This document shows, in pieces, positions 1-15,000 of a stretch of DNA of 64,000 nt. The stretch is from Eledone cirrhosa (Eukaryota), in contig OZ024744.1 in the NCBI GenBank assembly GCA_964016885.1, positions 109,864,001 to 109,928,000 of the forward strand. The letters run 5' to 3'. Each line of letters starts with the position of its first letter. Positions within the stretch are counted from its first letter, which is position 1. The notes beneath the pieces were generated by a model. The model saw only the letters and a list, made by a program, of their open reading frames with translations. It ran no database searches and was not told where the DNA came from. Both the position numbers and the translations under genes were made by a program.

Positions 1-3000
1 TCGCTGTCCCTGTGTCTCTACCTCTCCGTCCATGTGTCTCTACCTCTCTGTCCCTGTGTCTCTACCTCTCTGTCCCTGTGTCTCTACCTCTCTGTCCATG
101 TGTCTCTACCTCTCTGTCCCTGTGTCTCTACCTCTCTGTCCCTGTGTCTCTACCTCTCTGTCCATGTGTCTCTACCTCTCTGTCCCTGTGTCTCTACCTC
201 TCTGTCCATGTGTCTCTACCTCTCTGTCCATGTCTCTCTACCTCTCTGTCCATTTCTCTCTACCTCTCTGTCCCTGTGTCTCTACCTCTCTGTCCATGTG
301 TCTCTACCTCTCTGTCCATGTCTCTCTACCTCTCTGTCCATGTCTCTCTACCTCACTGTCCATGTCTCTCTACCTCTCTGTCCCTGTGTCTCTACCTCTC
401 TGTCCATGTGTCTCTACCTCTCTGTCCATGTGTCTCTAACTCTCTGTCCATGTGTCTCTACCTCTCTGTCCATGTGTCTCTACCTCACTGTCGCTGTGTC
501 TCTACCTCACTTTCCATGTCTCTCTACCTCACTGTCCCTGTGTCTCTACCTCTCTGTCCCTGTGTTTCTACCTCTCTGTCCATGTCTCTCTACCTCTCTG
601 TACATGTGTCTCTACCTCTCTGTCCCTGTGTCTCTACCTGTCTGTCCATGTCTCTCTACCTCTCTGTCCATGTCTCTCTACCTCTCTGTCCATGTGTCTC
701 TACCTCTCTGTCCATGTCTCTCTACCTCTCTGTCCCTGTGTCTCTACCTCTCTGTCCCTGTGTCTCTACCTCTCTGTCCCTGTGTCTCTACCTCTCTGTC
801 CCTGTATCTCTACCTCACTGTCCATATGTCTCTACCTCTTTCTCCATGTGTCTCTACCTCTCTGTCCCTGTGTCTCTACCTCTCTGTCCCTGTGTCTCTA
901 CCTCTCTGTCCCTGTGTCTCTACCTCACTGTCCATGTGTCTCTACCTTTCTGTCCCTGTGTCTCTATCTCTCTGTCCATGTCTCTCTACCACTCTGTCCC
1001 TGTGTCTCTACCTCTCTGTCCATGTCTCTCTACCTCTCTGTCCCTGTGTCTCTACCTCTCTGTCCATGTCTCTCTACCTCTCTGTCCATGTGTCTCTACC
1101 TCACTGTCCATGTGTCTCTACCTCTCTGTCCATGTGTCTCTACCTCTCTGTCCATGTGTCTCTACCTCTCTGTCCATGTGTCTCTACCTCTCTGTCCATG
1201 TGTCTCTACCTCTCTGTCCATGTCTCTCTACCTCTCTGTCTATGTCTCTCTACCTCTCTGTCCATGTCTCTCTACCTCACAGTCCATGTGTCTCTACCTC
1301 ACTGTCCCTGTGTCTCTACCTCTCTGTCCCTGTGTCTCTACCTCTCTGTCCATGTCTCTCTACCTCTCTGTCCATGTGTCTCTACCTCTCTGTCCATGTC
1401 TCTCTACCTCTCTGTCCCTGTGTCTCTACCTCTCTGTCCATGTGTCTCTACCTCACTGTCCATGTCTCTCTACCTCTCTGTCCCTGTCTCTCTACCTCTC
1501 TGTCCCTGTGTCTGTACCTCTCTGTCCATGTGTCTCTACCTCACTGTCCATGTCTCTCTACCTCTCTGTCCCTGTGTCTCTACCTCTCTGTCCCTGTGTC
1601 TCTACCTCTCTGTCCATGTGTCTCTACCTCTCTGTCCCTGTCTCTCTACCTCTCTGTCCCTGTGTCTCTACCTCACTGTCCCTGTGTCTCTACCTCTCTG
1701 TCCATGTGTCTCTACCTCTCTGTCCCTGTGTCTCTACCTCTCTGTCCCTGTGTCTCTACTTCACTGTCCATGTGTCTCTACCTCTCTGTACATGTGTCTC
1801 TACCTCTCTGTCCATGTGTCTCTACCTCATGTCCATGTCTCTCTACCTCACTGTCCCTGTGTCTCTACCTCACTGTCCATGTGTCTCTACCTCTCAGTCC
1901 ATGTGTCTCTACCTCACTGTCCCTGTCTCTCTACCTCTCTGTCCATGTGTCTCTACCTCTCTGTCCATGTGTCTCTACCTCTCTGTCCATGTCTCTCTAC
2001 CTCTCTGTCCCTGTGTCTCTACCTCACTGTCCATGTCACTCTACCTCACTGTCCCTGTGTCTCTACCTCAGTGTCCATGTGTCTCTACCTCTCTTCCATG
2101 TGTCTCTACCTCACAGTCCCTGTCTCTCTACCTCTCTGTCTATGTGTCTGTACCTCTCTGTCCATGTGTCTCTACCTCACTGTCTATGTCTCTCTACCTC
2201 TCTGTCCCTGTGTCTCTACCTCACTGTCCATGTGTCTCTACCTCTCTGTCCATGTGTCTCTACCACACTGTCCATGTGTCTCTACCTCACTGTCCATGTG
2301 TCTCTACCTCTCTGTCCATGTGTCTCTACCTCACTGTCCATGTGTCTCTAGCTCACTGTCCATGTGTCTCTACCTCTCTGTCCATGTGTCTCTACCTCTC
2401 TGTCCCTGTCTCTCTACCTCACTGTCCCTGTGTCTATACCTCACTGTCCATGTGTCTCTACCTCACTGTCCATGTGTCTCTACCTCTCTGTCCATGTGTC
2501 TCTACCTCACTGTCCATGTCTCTCTACCTCTCTGTCCATGTGTCTCTACCTCTCTGTCCCTGTCTCTCTACCTCACTGTCCCTGTGTCTCTACCTCACTG
2601 TCCATGTGTCTCTACCTCACTGTCCATGTGTCTCTACCTCTCTGTCCATGTGTCTCTACCTCACTGTCCATGTCTCTCTACCTCTCTGTCCATGTGTCTC
2701 TTCCTCTCTGTCCCTGTGTCTCTACCTCTCTGTCCATGTGTCTCTACCTCCCTGTCCCTGTCTCTACCTCTCTGTCCATGTGTCTCTACCTCACTGTCCA
2801 TGTGTCTCTACCTCACTGTCCATGTGTTTCTACCTCTCTGTCCATGTCTCTCTACCTCTCTGTCCATGTGTCTCTACCTCTCTGTCCCTGTGTCTCTACC
2901 TCTCTGTCCATGTGTCTCTACCTCTCTGTCCCTGTGTCTCTACCTCTCTGTCCATGTGTCTCTACCTCTCTGTCCCTGTGTCTCTACCTCTCTGTCCTTG

Positions 3001-6000
3001 TGTCTCTACCTCTCTGTCCCTGTCTCTCTACCTCTCTGTCCATGTCTCTCTACCTCTCTGTCCATGTGTCTCTCTACCTCTCTGTCCCTGTGTCTCTACC
3101 TCTCTGTCCATGTGTCTCTACCTCACTGTCCATGTCTCTCTACCTCGCTGTCCATGTGTCTCTATCTCTCTGTCCATCTCTCTCTACCTCTCTGTCCCTG
3201 TGTCTCTACCTCTCTGTCCCTGTGTCTCTACCTCTCTGTCCATGTGTCTCTACCTCTCTGTCCCTGTGTCTCTACCTCTCTGTCCATGTGTCTCTACCTC
3301 TCTGTCCATGTCTCTCTATCTCTCTGTCCATCTCTCTCTACCTCTCTGTCCCTGTGTCTCTACCTCTCTGTCCATGTGTCTCTACCTCTCTGTCCCTGTG
3401 TCTCTACCTCTCTGTCCATGTGTCTCTACCTCTCTGTCCATGTGTCTCTACCTCACTGTCCATGTGTCTCTACCTCACTGTCCATGTCTCTCTACCTCTC
3501 TGTCTATCTGTCTCTACCTCTCTGTCCATGTCTCTCTACCTCTCTGTCCATGTCTCTCTACCTCTCTGTCCATGTCTCTCTACCTCTCTGTCCCTGTGTC
3601 TCTACCTCTCTGTCCATGTGTCTCTACCTCTCTGTCCATGTGTCTCTACCTCTCTGTCCATGTGTCTCTACCTCTCTGTCCATGTGTCTCTACCTCACTG
3701 TCCCTGTGTCTCTACCTCACTTTCCATGTCTCTCTACCTCACTGTCCCTGTGTCTCTACCTCTCTGTCCCTGTGTCTCTACCTCTCTGTCCATGTCTCTC
3801 TACCTCTCTGTACATGTGTCTCTACCTCTCTGTCCCGGTGTCTCTACCTATCTGTCCCTGTGTCTCTACCTATCTGTCCCTGTGTCTCTACCTCTCTGTC
3901 CCTGTGTCTCTACCTCTCTGTCCCTGTGTCTCTACCTCTCTGTCCCTGTGTCTCTACCTCTCTGTCCCTGTGTCTCTACCTCTCTGTCCCTGTGTCTCTA
4001 CCTCTCTGTCCCTGTGTCTCTACCTCTCTGTCCCGGTGTCTCTACCTCTCTGTCCCTGTATCTCTACCTATCTGTCCCTGTGTCTCTACCTCTCTGTCCC
4101 TGTCTCTCTACCTCTCTGTCCATGTGTCTCTACCTCTTTCTCCATGTGTCTCTACCTCTCTGTCCCTGTGTCACTACCTCACTGTCCCTGTCTCTCTACC
4201 TCTCTGTCTATGTCTCTCTACCTCTCTGTCCATGTCTCTCTACCTCACAGTCCATGAGTCTCTACCTCTCTGTCCCTGTGTCTCTACCTCTCTGTCCATG
4301 TGTCTCTACCTCTCTGTCCATGTGTCTCTACCTCTCTGTCCCTGTCTCTCTACCTCTCTGTCCCTGTGTCTCTACCTCTCTGTTCCTGTCTCTCTACCTC
4401 TCTGTCCCTGTCTCTCTACCTCTCTGTCCCTGTGTCTCTACCTCTCTGTTCCTGTCTCTCTACCTCTCTGTCCCTGTGTCTCTACCTCTCTGTCCCTGTC
4501 TCTCTACCTCTCTGTCCCTGTGTCTCTACCTCTCTGTTCCTGTCTCTCTACCTCACTGTCCCTGTCTCTCTACCTCTCTGTCCATGTCTCTCTACCTCTC
4601 TGTCCATGTGTCTCTACCTCTCTGTCCATGTATCTCTACCTCTCTGTCCCTGTCTCTCTACCTCTCTGTCCCTGTGTCTCTACCTCTCTGTTCCTGTCTC
4701 TGTACCTCACTGTCCCTGTGTCTCTACCTCACTGTCCATGTGTCTCTTCCTCTCTGTCCATGTGTCTCTACCTCTCTGTCCATGTGTCTCTACCTCTCTG
4801 TTCCTGTCTCTCTACCTCACTGTCCCTGTGTCTCTACCTCTCTGTCCATGTGTCTCTACCTCTCTGTCCATGTGTCTCTACCTCTCTGTCCATGTCTCTC
4901 TACCTCTCTGTCCATGTGTCTCTACCTCTCTGTCCATGTATCTCTACCTCTCTGTCCCTGTCTCTCTACCTCTCTGTCCCTGTGTCTCTACCTCTCTGTT
5001 CCTGTCTCTGTACCTTACTGTCCCTGTGTCTCTACCTCACTGTCCATGTGTCTCTTCCTCTCTGTCCATGTGTCTCTACCTCTCTGTCCATGTGTCTCTA
5101 CCTCTCTGTTCCTGTCTCTCTACCTCACTGTCCCTGTGTCTCTACCTCACTGTCCATGTGTCTCTACCTCTCTGTCCATGTGTCTCTACCTCTCTGTCCA
5201 TGTCTCTCTACCTCTCTGTCCATGTGTCTCTACCTCTCTGTTCCTGTCTCTCTACCTCACTGTCCCTGTGTCTCTACCTCACTGTCCATTGGTCTCTTCC
5301 TCTCTGTCCATGTGTCTCTACCTCTCTGTCCATGTGTCTCTACCTCACTGTCCATGTCTCTCTACCTCTCTGTCCCTGTGTCTCTACCTCTCTGTCCCTG
5401 TGTCTCTACCTCTCTGTCCCTGTCTCTCTACCTCACTGTCCCTGTGTCTCTACCTCTCTGTCCATGTGTCTCTACCTCTCTGTCTCTGTGTCTCTACCTC
5501 TCTGTCCCTGTGTCTCTACATCTTCCGTCCCTGTGTCTCTACCTCACTGTCCATGTGTCTCTACCTCTCTGTCCCTGTGTCTCTACCTCTCTGTCCATGT
5601 CTCTCTACCACTCTGTCCCTGTGTCTCTACCTCTCTGTCCATGTCTCTCTACCTCTCTGTCCATGTGTCTCTACCTCTCTGTCAATGTGTCTCTACCTCT
5701 CTGTCCATGTGTCTCTACCTCTCTGTCCATGTCTCTCTACCTCTCTGTCCCTGTGTCTCTACCTCTCTGTCCATGTCTCTCTACCTCTCTGTCCCTGTCT
5801 CTCTACCTCTCTGTCCATGTCTCTCTACCTCTCTGTCCCTGTGTCTCTACCTCACTGTCCATGTGTCTCTACCTCTCTGTCCCTGTGTCTCTATTTCTCT
5901 GTCCCTGTGTCTCTACCTCTCTGTCCATGTGTCTCTTCCTCTCTGTCCCTATGTCTCTACCTCCGTCCCTGTGTCTCTACCTCTCTGTCCATGTGTCGCT

Positions 6001-9000
6001 ACCTCTCTGTCCCTGTGTCTCTACCTCTCTGTCCCTGTGTCTCTACCTCTCTGTCCATGTGTCTCTACCTCTCTGTCCCTGTCTCTCTACCTCTCTGTCC
6101 CTGTGTCTCTACCTCACTGTCCCTGTGTCTCTACCTCTCTGTCCATGTGTCTCTACCTCTCTGTCCCTGTGTCTCTACCTCTCTGTCCCTGTGTCTCTAC
6201 CTCACTGTCCATGTGTCTCTACCTCTCTGTCCATGTGTCTCTACCTCTCTGTCCATGTGTCTCTACCTCACTGTCCATGTCTCTCTACCTCACTGTCCCT
6301 GTGTCTCTACCTCACTGTCCATGTGTCTCTACCTCTCTGTCCATGTGTCTCTACCTCACTGTCCCTGTCTCTCTACCTCTCTGTCCACGTGTCTCTACCT
6401 CTCTGTCCATGTGTCTCTACCTCTCTGTCCATGTCTCTCTACCTCTCTGTCCCTGTGTCTCTACCTCACTGTCCATGTCTCTCTACCTCACTGTCCCTGT
6501 GTCTCTACCTCACTGTCCATGTGTCTCTACCTCTCTGTCCATGTGTCTCTACCTCACTGTCCCTGTCTCTCTACCTCTCTGTCCATGTGTCTCTACCTCT
6601 CTGTCCATGTGTCTCTACCTCACTGTCTATGTCTCTCTACCTCTCTGTCCCTGTGTCTCTACCTCACTGTCCATGTGTCTCTACCTCTCTGTCCATGTGT
6701 CTCTACCTCACTGTCCATGTGTCTCTACCTCACTGTCCATGTGTCTCTACCTCTCTGTCCATGTGTCTCTACCTCACTGTCCATGTGTCTCTACCTCACT
6801 GTCCATGTGTCTCTACCTCTCTGTCCATGTGTCTCTACCTCTCTGTCCCTGTCTCTCTACCTCACTGTCCCTGTGTCTCTACCTCACTGTCCATGTGTCT
6901 CTACCTCACTGTCCATGTGTCTCTACCTCTCTGTCCATGTGTCTCTACCTCACTGTCCATGTGTCTCTACCTCACTGTCCATGTCTCTCTACCTCTCTGT
7001 CCATGTGTCTCTACCTCTCTGTCCCTGTCTCTCTACCTCTCTGTCCCTGTGTCTCTACCTCTCTGTCCCTGTGTCTCTACCTCTCTGTCCCTGTGTCTCT
7101 ACCTCTCTGTCCCTGTGTCTCTACCTCTCTGTCCATGTCTCTCTACCTCTCTGTCCATGTGTCTCTACCTCTCTGTCCCTGTCTCTCTACCTCACTGTCC
7201 ATGTGTCTCTACCTCTCTGTCCATGTGTCTCTACCTCTCTGTCCATGTGTCTCTACCTCTCTGTCCCTGTGTCTCTACCTCTCTGTCCCTGTGTCTCTAC
7301 CTCACTGTCCATGTGTCTCTACCTCTCTGTCCCTGTGTCTCTACCTCTCTGTCCATGTGTCTCTACCTCTCTGTCCCTGTGTCTCTACCTTTCTGTCCCT
7401 GTGTCTCTACCTCTCTGTCCATGTCTCTCTACCACTCTGTCCCTGTGTCTCTACCTCTCTGTCCATGTCTCTCTACCTCTCTGTCCCTGTGGCTCTACCT
7501 CTCTGTCCATGTCTCTCTACCTCTCTGTCCATGTGTCTCTACCTCTCTGTCCATGTGTCTCTACGTCTCTGTCCATGTCTCTCCACCTCTCTGTCCATGT
7601 GTCTCTACCTCTCTGTCCATGTCTCTCTACCTCTCTGTCCCTGTCTCTCTACCTCTCTGTCCATGTCTCTCTACCTCTCTGTCCCTGTGTCTCTACCTCA
7701 CTGTCCATGTGTCTCTACCTCTCTGTCCCTGTGTCTCTATTTCTCTGTCCCTGTGTCTCTACCTGTCTGTCCATGTGTCTCTTCCTCTCTGTCCCTGTGT
7801 CTCTACCTCCCTGTCCCTGTGTCTCTACCTCTCTCTCCATGTGTCTCTACCTCTCTGTCCCTGTGTCTCTACCTCACTGTCCATGTGTCTCTACCTCTCT
7901 GTCCCTGTGTCTCTACCTCTCTGTCCATGTCTCTCTACCTCTCTGTCCCTGTGTCTCTACCTCTCTGTCCATGTGTCTCTACCTCTCTGTCCCCGTGTCT
8001 CTACCTCTCTGTCCATGTGTCTCTACCTCTCTGTCCATGTGTCTCTACCTCTCTGTCCATGTCTCTCTACCTCTCTGTCCCTGTCTCTCTACCTCACTGT
8101 CCCTGTATCTCTACCTCTCTGTCCCTGTGTCTCTACCTCTCTGTCCCTGTGTCTCTACCTCTCTGTCCATGTCTCTCTACCTCTCTGTCCCTGTATCTCT
8201 ACCTCTCTGTCCCTGTGTCTCTACCTCTCTGTCCCTGTGTCTCTACCTCTCTGTCCATGTCTCTCTACCTCTCTGTCCATGCCTCTCTACCTCTCTGTCC
8301 CTGTGTCTCTACCACTCTGTCCCTGTGTCTCTACCTCTCTGTCCATGTGTCTCTACCTCACTGTCCATGTGTCTCTACCTCTCTGTCCATGTGTCTCTAC
8401 CTCTCTGTCCATGTGTCTCTACCTCTCTGTCCATGTGTCTCTACCTCTCTGTCCCTGTGTCTCTACCTCACTGTCCATGTGTCTCTACCTCTCTGTCCAT
8501 GCCTCTCTACCTCTCTGTCCCTGTGTCTCTACCTCTCTGTCCCTGTGTCTCTACCTCTCTGTCCATGTGTCTCTACCTCACTGTCCATGTGTCTCTACCT
8601 CTCTGTCCATGTGTTTCTACCTCTCTGTCCCTGTGTCTCTACCTCTCTGTCCCTGTCTCTCTACATCTCTGTCCCTGTGTCTCTACCTCTCTGTCCCTGT
8701 GTCTCTACCTCTCTGTCCCTGTGTCTCTACCTCTCTGTCCCTGTGTCTCTACCTCTCTGTCCCTGTGTCTCTACCTCTCTCTCCATGTGTCTCTACCTCT
8801 CTGTCCCTGTGTCTCTACCTCTCTGTCCATGTGTCTCTACCTCTCTGTCCATGTCTCTCTACCTCTCTGTCCATGCCTCTCTACCTCTCTGTCCCTGTGT
8901 CTCAACCGCTCTGTCCCTGTGTCTCTACCTCTCTGTCCCTGTGTCTCTACCTCTCTGTCCATGTGTCTCTACCTCTCTGTCAATGTGTCTCTACCTCTCT

Positions 9001-12000
9001 GTCCATGTCTCTCTACCTCTCTGTCCCTGTGTCTCTACCTCACTGTCCCTGTGTCTCTACCTCTCTGTCCCTGTGTCTCTACCTCACTGTCCATGTGTCT
9101 CTACCTCACTGTCCATGTGTCTCTACCTCTCTGTCCATGTGTCTCTACCTCTCTGTCCATGTCTCTCTACCTCTCTGTCCCTGTGTCTCTACCTCTCTGT
9201 CCCTGTGTCTCTACCTCTCTGTCCTTGTGTCTCTACCTCTCTGTCCATGTGTCTCTACCTCTCTGTTCATGTCTCTCTACTTCTCTGTCCCTGTGTCTCT
9301 ACCTCTCTGTCCATGTGTCTCTACCACTGTCTATGTCTCTCTACTTCTCTGTCCCTGTGTCTCTACCTCTCTGTCCCTGTCTCTCTATCTCTCTGTCCAT
9401 GTGTCTCTACCTCTCTGTCCAAGTGTCTCTACCTCACTGTCCCTGTGTCTCTACCTCTCTGTCCATGTGTCTCTACCTCTCTGTCCATGTGTCTCTACCT
9501 CTCTGTCCCTGTGTCTCTACCTCTCTGTCCCTGTGTCTCTACCTCTCTGTCCATGTGTCTCTACCTCTCTCTCCCTGTGTCTCTACCTCTCTGTCCCTGT
9601 GTCTCTACCTCTCTGTCCCTGTGTCTCTACCTCTCTGTCCATGTGTCTCTACCTCTCTGTCCATGTGTCTCTACCTCTCTGTCCAAGTGTCTCTACCTCA
9701 CTGTCCCTGTGTCGCTACCTCTCTGTCCATGTGTCTCTACCTCACTGTCCCTGTGTCTCTACCTCACTGTCCATGTGTCTCTATCTCTCCGTCCCTGTCT
9801 CTCTACCTCTCTGTCCCTGTGTCTCTACCTCTCTGTCCATGTGTCTCTACCTCACTGTCCCTGTGTCTCTACCTCACTGTCCATGTGTCTCTATCTCTCC
9901 GTCCCTGTCTCTCTACCTCTCTGTCCATGTGTCTCTACCTCACTGTCCCTGTCTCTCTACCTCTCTGTCCACGTGTCTCTACCTCTCTGTCCATGTGTCT
10001 CTACCTCTCTGTCCATGTCTCTCTCCCTCTCTGTCCCTGTGTCTCTACCTCACTGTCCATGTCTCTCTACCTCACTGTCCCTGTGTCTCTACCTCACTGT
10101 CCATGTGTCTCTACCTCTCTGTCCATGTGTCTCTACCTCACTGTCCCTGTCTCTCTACCTCTCTGTCCATGTGTCTCTACCTCTCTGTCCATGTGTCTCT
10201 ACCTCACTGTCTATGTCTCTCTACCTCTCTGTCCCTGTGTCTCTACCTCACTGTCCATGTGTCTCTACCTCTCTGTCCATGTGTCTCTACCTCACTGTCC
10301 ATGTGTCTCTACCTCACTGTCCATGTGTCTCTACCTCTCTGTCCATGTGTCTCTACCTCACTGTCCATGTGTCTCTACCTCACTGTCCATGTGTCTCTAC
10401 CTCTCTGTCCATGTGTCTCTACCTCTCTGTCCCTGTCTCTCTACCTCACTGTCCCTGTGTCTCTACCTCACTGTCCATGTGTCTCTACCTCACTGTCCAT
10501 GTGTCTCTACCTCTCTGTCCATGTGTCTCTACCTCACTGTCCATGTCTCTCTACCTCTCTGTCCATGTGTCTCTACCTCTCTGTCCCTGTCTCTCTATCT
10601 CTCTGTCCCTGTGTCTCTACCTCTCTGTCCCTGTGTCTCTACCTCTCTGTCCCTGTGTCTCTACCTCTCTGTCCCTGTGTCTCTACCTCTCTGTCCATGT
10701 CTCTCTACCTCTCTGTCCATGTGTCTCTACCTCTCTGTCCATGTGTCTCTACCTCTCTGTCCCTGTGTCTCTACCTCACTGTCCATGTGTCTCTACCTCT
10801 CTGTCCATGTGTCTCTACCTCTCTGTCCCTGTGTCTCTACCTCTCTGTCCATGTCTCTCTACCTCTCTGTCCCTGTGTCTCTACCTCTCTGTCCCTGTGT
10901 CTCTACCTCTCTGTCCATGTCTCTCTACCTCACTGTCCATGTGTCTCTACCTCTCTGTCCATGTGTCTCTACCTCTCTGTCCCTGTGTCTCTACCTCTCT
11001 GTCCCTGTGTCTCTACCTCTCTGTCCCTGTGTCTCTACCTCACTGTCCATGTGTCTCTACCTTTCTGTCCCTGTGTCTCTACCTCTCTGTCCATGTCTCT
11101 CTACCACTCTGTCCCTGTGTCTCTACCTCTCTGTCCATGTCTCTCTACCTCTCTGTCCATGTGTCTCTACCTCTCTGTCCATGTCTCTCTACCTCTCTGT
11201 CCATGTCTCTCTACCTCTCTGTCCATGTGTCTCTACCTCACTGTCCCTGTCTCTCTACCTCCCTGTCCCTGTGTCTCTACCTCACTGTCCCTGTGTCTCT
11301 ACCTCTCTGTCCCTGTGTCTCTACCTCTCTGTCCATGTGTCTCTACCTCTCTGTCCCTGTGTCTCTACCTCTCTGTCCATGTGTCTCTACCTCTCTGTCC
11401 CTGTCTCTCTACCTCTCTGTCCCTGTGTCTCTACCTCTCTGTCCATGTCTCTCTACCTCTCTGTCCATGTGTCTCTACCTCTCTGTCCATGTGTCTCTAC
11501 CTCTCTGTCCATGTCTCTCTACCTCTCTGTCCATGTTTCTCTACCTCTCTGTCCATGTCTCTCTACCTCTCTGTCCCTGTCTCTCTACCTCTCTGTCCAT
11601 GTCTCTCTACCTCTCTGCCCCTGTGTCTCTACCTCACTGTCCATGTGTCTCTACCTCTCTGTCCCTGTGTCTCTATTTCTCTGTCCCTGTGTCTCTACCT
11701 CTCTGTCCATGTGACTCTTCCTCTCTGTCCCTGTGTCTCTACCTCCCTGTCCCTGTGTCTCTACCTCTCTCTCCATGTGTCTCTACCTCTCTGTCCCTGT
11801 GTCTCTACCTCTCTGTCCATGTCTCTCTACCTCTCTGTCCCTGTGTCTCTACCTCTCTGTCCATGTGTCTCTACCTCTCTTTCCCTGTGTCTCTACCTCT
11901 CTGTCCATGTGTCTCTACCTCTCTGTCCATATGTCTCTACCTCTCTGTCCCTGTCTCTCTACCTCACTGTCCCTGTATCTCTACCTCTCTGTCCCTGTGT

Positions 12001-15000
12001 CTCTACCTCTCTGTCCCTGTGTCTCTACCTCTCTGTCCATGTCTCTCTACCTCTCTGTCCCTGTATCTCTACCTCTCTGTCCCTGTGTCTCTACCTCTCT
12101 GTCCCTGTGTCTCTACCTCTCTGTCCATGTCTCTCTACCTCTCTGTCCATGCCTCTCTACCTCTCTGTCCCTGTGTCTCTACCTCTCTGTCCCTGTGTCT
12201 CTACCTCTCTGTCCATGTGTCTCTACCTCACTGTCCATGTGTCTCTACCTCACTGTCCATGTGTCTCTACCTCTCTGTCCATGTGTCTCTACATCTCTGT
12301 CCATGTGTCTCTACCTCTCTGTCCCTGTGTCTCTACCTCACTGTCCATGTGTCTCTACCTCTCTGTCCATGCCTCTCTACCTCTCTGTCCATGTGTCTCT
12401 ACCTCCCTGTCCATGTGTCTCTACCTCACTGTCCATGTGTCTCTACCTCCCTGTCCATGTGTCTCTACCTCTCTGTCCCTGTGTCTCTACCTCTCTGTCC
12501 CTGTCTCTCTACATCTCTGTCCCTGTGTCTCTACCTCTCTGTCCCTGTGTCTCTACCTCTCTGTCCCTGTGTCTCTACCTCACTGTCCATGTGTCTCTAC
12601 CTCTCTGTCCCTGTGTCTCTACCTCTCTGTCCCTGTGTCTCTACCTCTCTCTCCATGTGTCTCTACCTCTCTGTCCCTGTGTCTCTACCTCTCTGTCCAT
12701 GTCTCTCTACCTCTCTGTCCATGCCTCTCTACCTCTCTGTCCCTGTGTCTCAACCTCTCTGTCCCTGTGTCTCTACCTCTCTGTCCCTTTGTCTCTACCT
12801 CTCTGTCCATGTGTCTCTACCTCTCTGTCCATGTCTCTCTACCTCTCTGTCCATGCCTCTCTACCTCTCTGTCCCTGTGTCTCTACCTCTCTGTCCCTGT
12901 GTCTCTACCTCTCTGTCCCTGTGTCTCTACCTCTCTGTCCATGTGTCTCTACCTCTCTGTCCATGTGTCTCTACCTCTCTGTCCATGTGTCTCTACCTCC
13001 CTGTCCCTGTGTCTCTACCTCTCTGTCCCTGTGTCTCTACCTCTCTGTCCATGTGTCTCTACCTCTCTGTCCATGTGTCTCTACCTCTCTGTCCCTGTGT
13101 CTCTACCTCTCTGTCCCTGTCTCTCTACCTCTCTGTCCCTGTGTCTCTACCTCTCTGTCCATGTGTCTCTACCTCTCTGTCCATGTCTCTCTACCTCTCT
13201 GTCCATGTCTCTCTACCTATCTGTCCATGTGTCTCTACCTCTCTGTCCCTGTGTCTCTACCTCTCTGTCCATGTGTCTCTACCTCTCTGTCCATGTCTCT
13301 CTACCTCTCTGTCCATGTCTCTCTACCTCTCTGTCCCTGTGTCTCTACCTCTCTGTCCCTGTGTCTCCACCTCTCTGTCCCTGTGTCTCTACCTCCCTGT
13401 CCCTGTGTCTCTACCTCACTGTCCATGTCTCTCTACCTCACTGTCCATGTGTCTCTACCTCTCTGTCCATGTGTCTCTACCTCCCTGTCCCTGTCTCTAC
13501 CTCTCTGTCCCTGTGTCTCTACCTCTCTGTCCCTGTGTCTCTACCTCTCTGTCCATGTGTCTGTACCTCTCTGTCCATGTGTCTCTACCTCTCTGTCCAT
13601 GTGTCTCTACCTCTCTGTCCATGTGTCTCTACCTCTCTGTCCATGTGTCTCTACCTCTCTGTCCCTGTGTCTCTACCTCACTGTCCATGTGTCTCTACCT
13701 CACTGTCCATGTGTCTCTACCTCTCTGTCCCTGTGTCTCTACCTCACTGTCCATGTGTCTCTACCTCACTGTCCATGTGTCTCTACCTCTCTGTCCATGT
13801 GTCTCTACCTCTCTGTCCATGTCTCTCTACCTCTCTGTCCCTGTGTCTCTACCTCTCTGTCCCTGTGTCTCTACCTCTCTGTCCTTGTGTCTCTACCTCT
13901 CTGTCCATGTGTCTCTACCTCTCTGTTCATGTCTCTCTACTTCTCTGTCCCTGTGTCTCTACCTCTCTGTCCATGTGTCTCTACCTCTCTGTCTATGTCT
14001 CTCTACTTCTCTGTCCCTGTGTCTCTACCTCTCTGTCCCTGTCTCTCTATCTCTCTGTCCATGTGTCTCTACCTCTCTGTCCAAGTGTCTCTACCTCACT
14101 GTCCCTGTGTCTCTACCTCTCTGTCCATGTGTCTCTACCTCTCTGTCCATGTGTCTCTACCTCTCTGTCCCTGTGTCTCTACCTCTCTGTCCCTGTGTCT
14201 CTACCTCTCTGTCCATGTGTCTCTACCTCTCTCTCCCTGTGTCTCTACCTCTCTGTCCCTGTGTCTCTACCTCTCTGTCCCTGTGTCTCTACCTCTCTGT
14301 CCATGTGTCTCTACCTCTCTGTCCATGTGTCTCTACCTCTCTGTCCAAGTGTCTCTACCTCACTGTCCCTGTGTCTCTACCTCTCTGTCCATGTGTCTCT
14401 ACCTCACTGTCCCTGTGTCTCTACCTCACTGTCCATGTGTCTCTATCTCTCCGTCCCTGTCTCTCTACCTCTCTGTCCCTGTGTCTCTACCTCTCTGTCT
14501 CTGTGTCTCTACCTCACTGTCCCTGTGTCTCTACCTCACTGTCCCTGTGTCTCTACCTCTCTGTCCATGTGTCTCTACCTCTCTGTCCATGTGTCTCTAT
14601 CTCTCTGTCCATGTGTCTCTACCTCTCTGTCCATGTGTCTCTACCTCTCTGTCCAAGTGTGTCTACCTCTCTGTCCATGTGTCTCTACCTCTCTGTCCAT
14701 GTCTCTCTACCTCTCTATCCCTGTGTCTCTACCTCACTGTCCATGTGTCTCTATTTCTCTGTCCATGTGTCTCTACCTCTCTGTACCTGTGTCTCTACCT
14801 CACTGTCCATGTCTTTCTACCTCTCTGTCTATGTGTCTCTACCTCTCTGACCATGTGTCTCTACCTCTCTGTCCATGTGTCTCTACCTCACTGTCCCTGT
14901 GTCTCTACCTCACTGTCCATGTGTCTCTACCTATCTGTCCATGTGTCTCTACCTCCCTGTCCCTGTCTCTACCTCTCTGTCCCTGTGTCTCTACCTCTCT

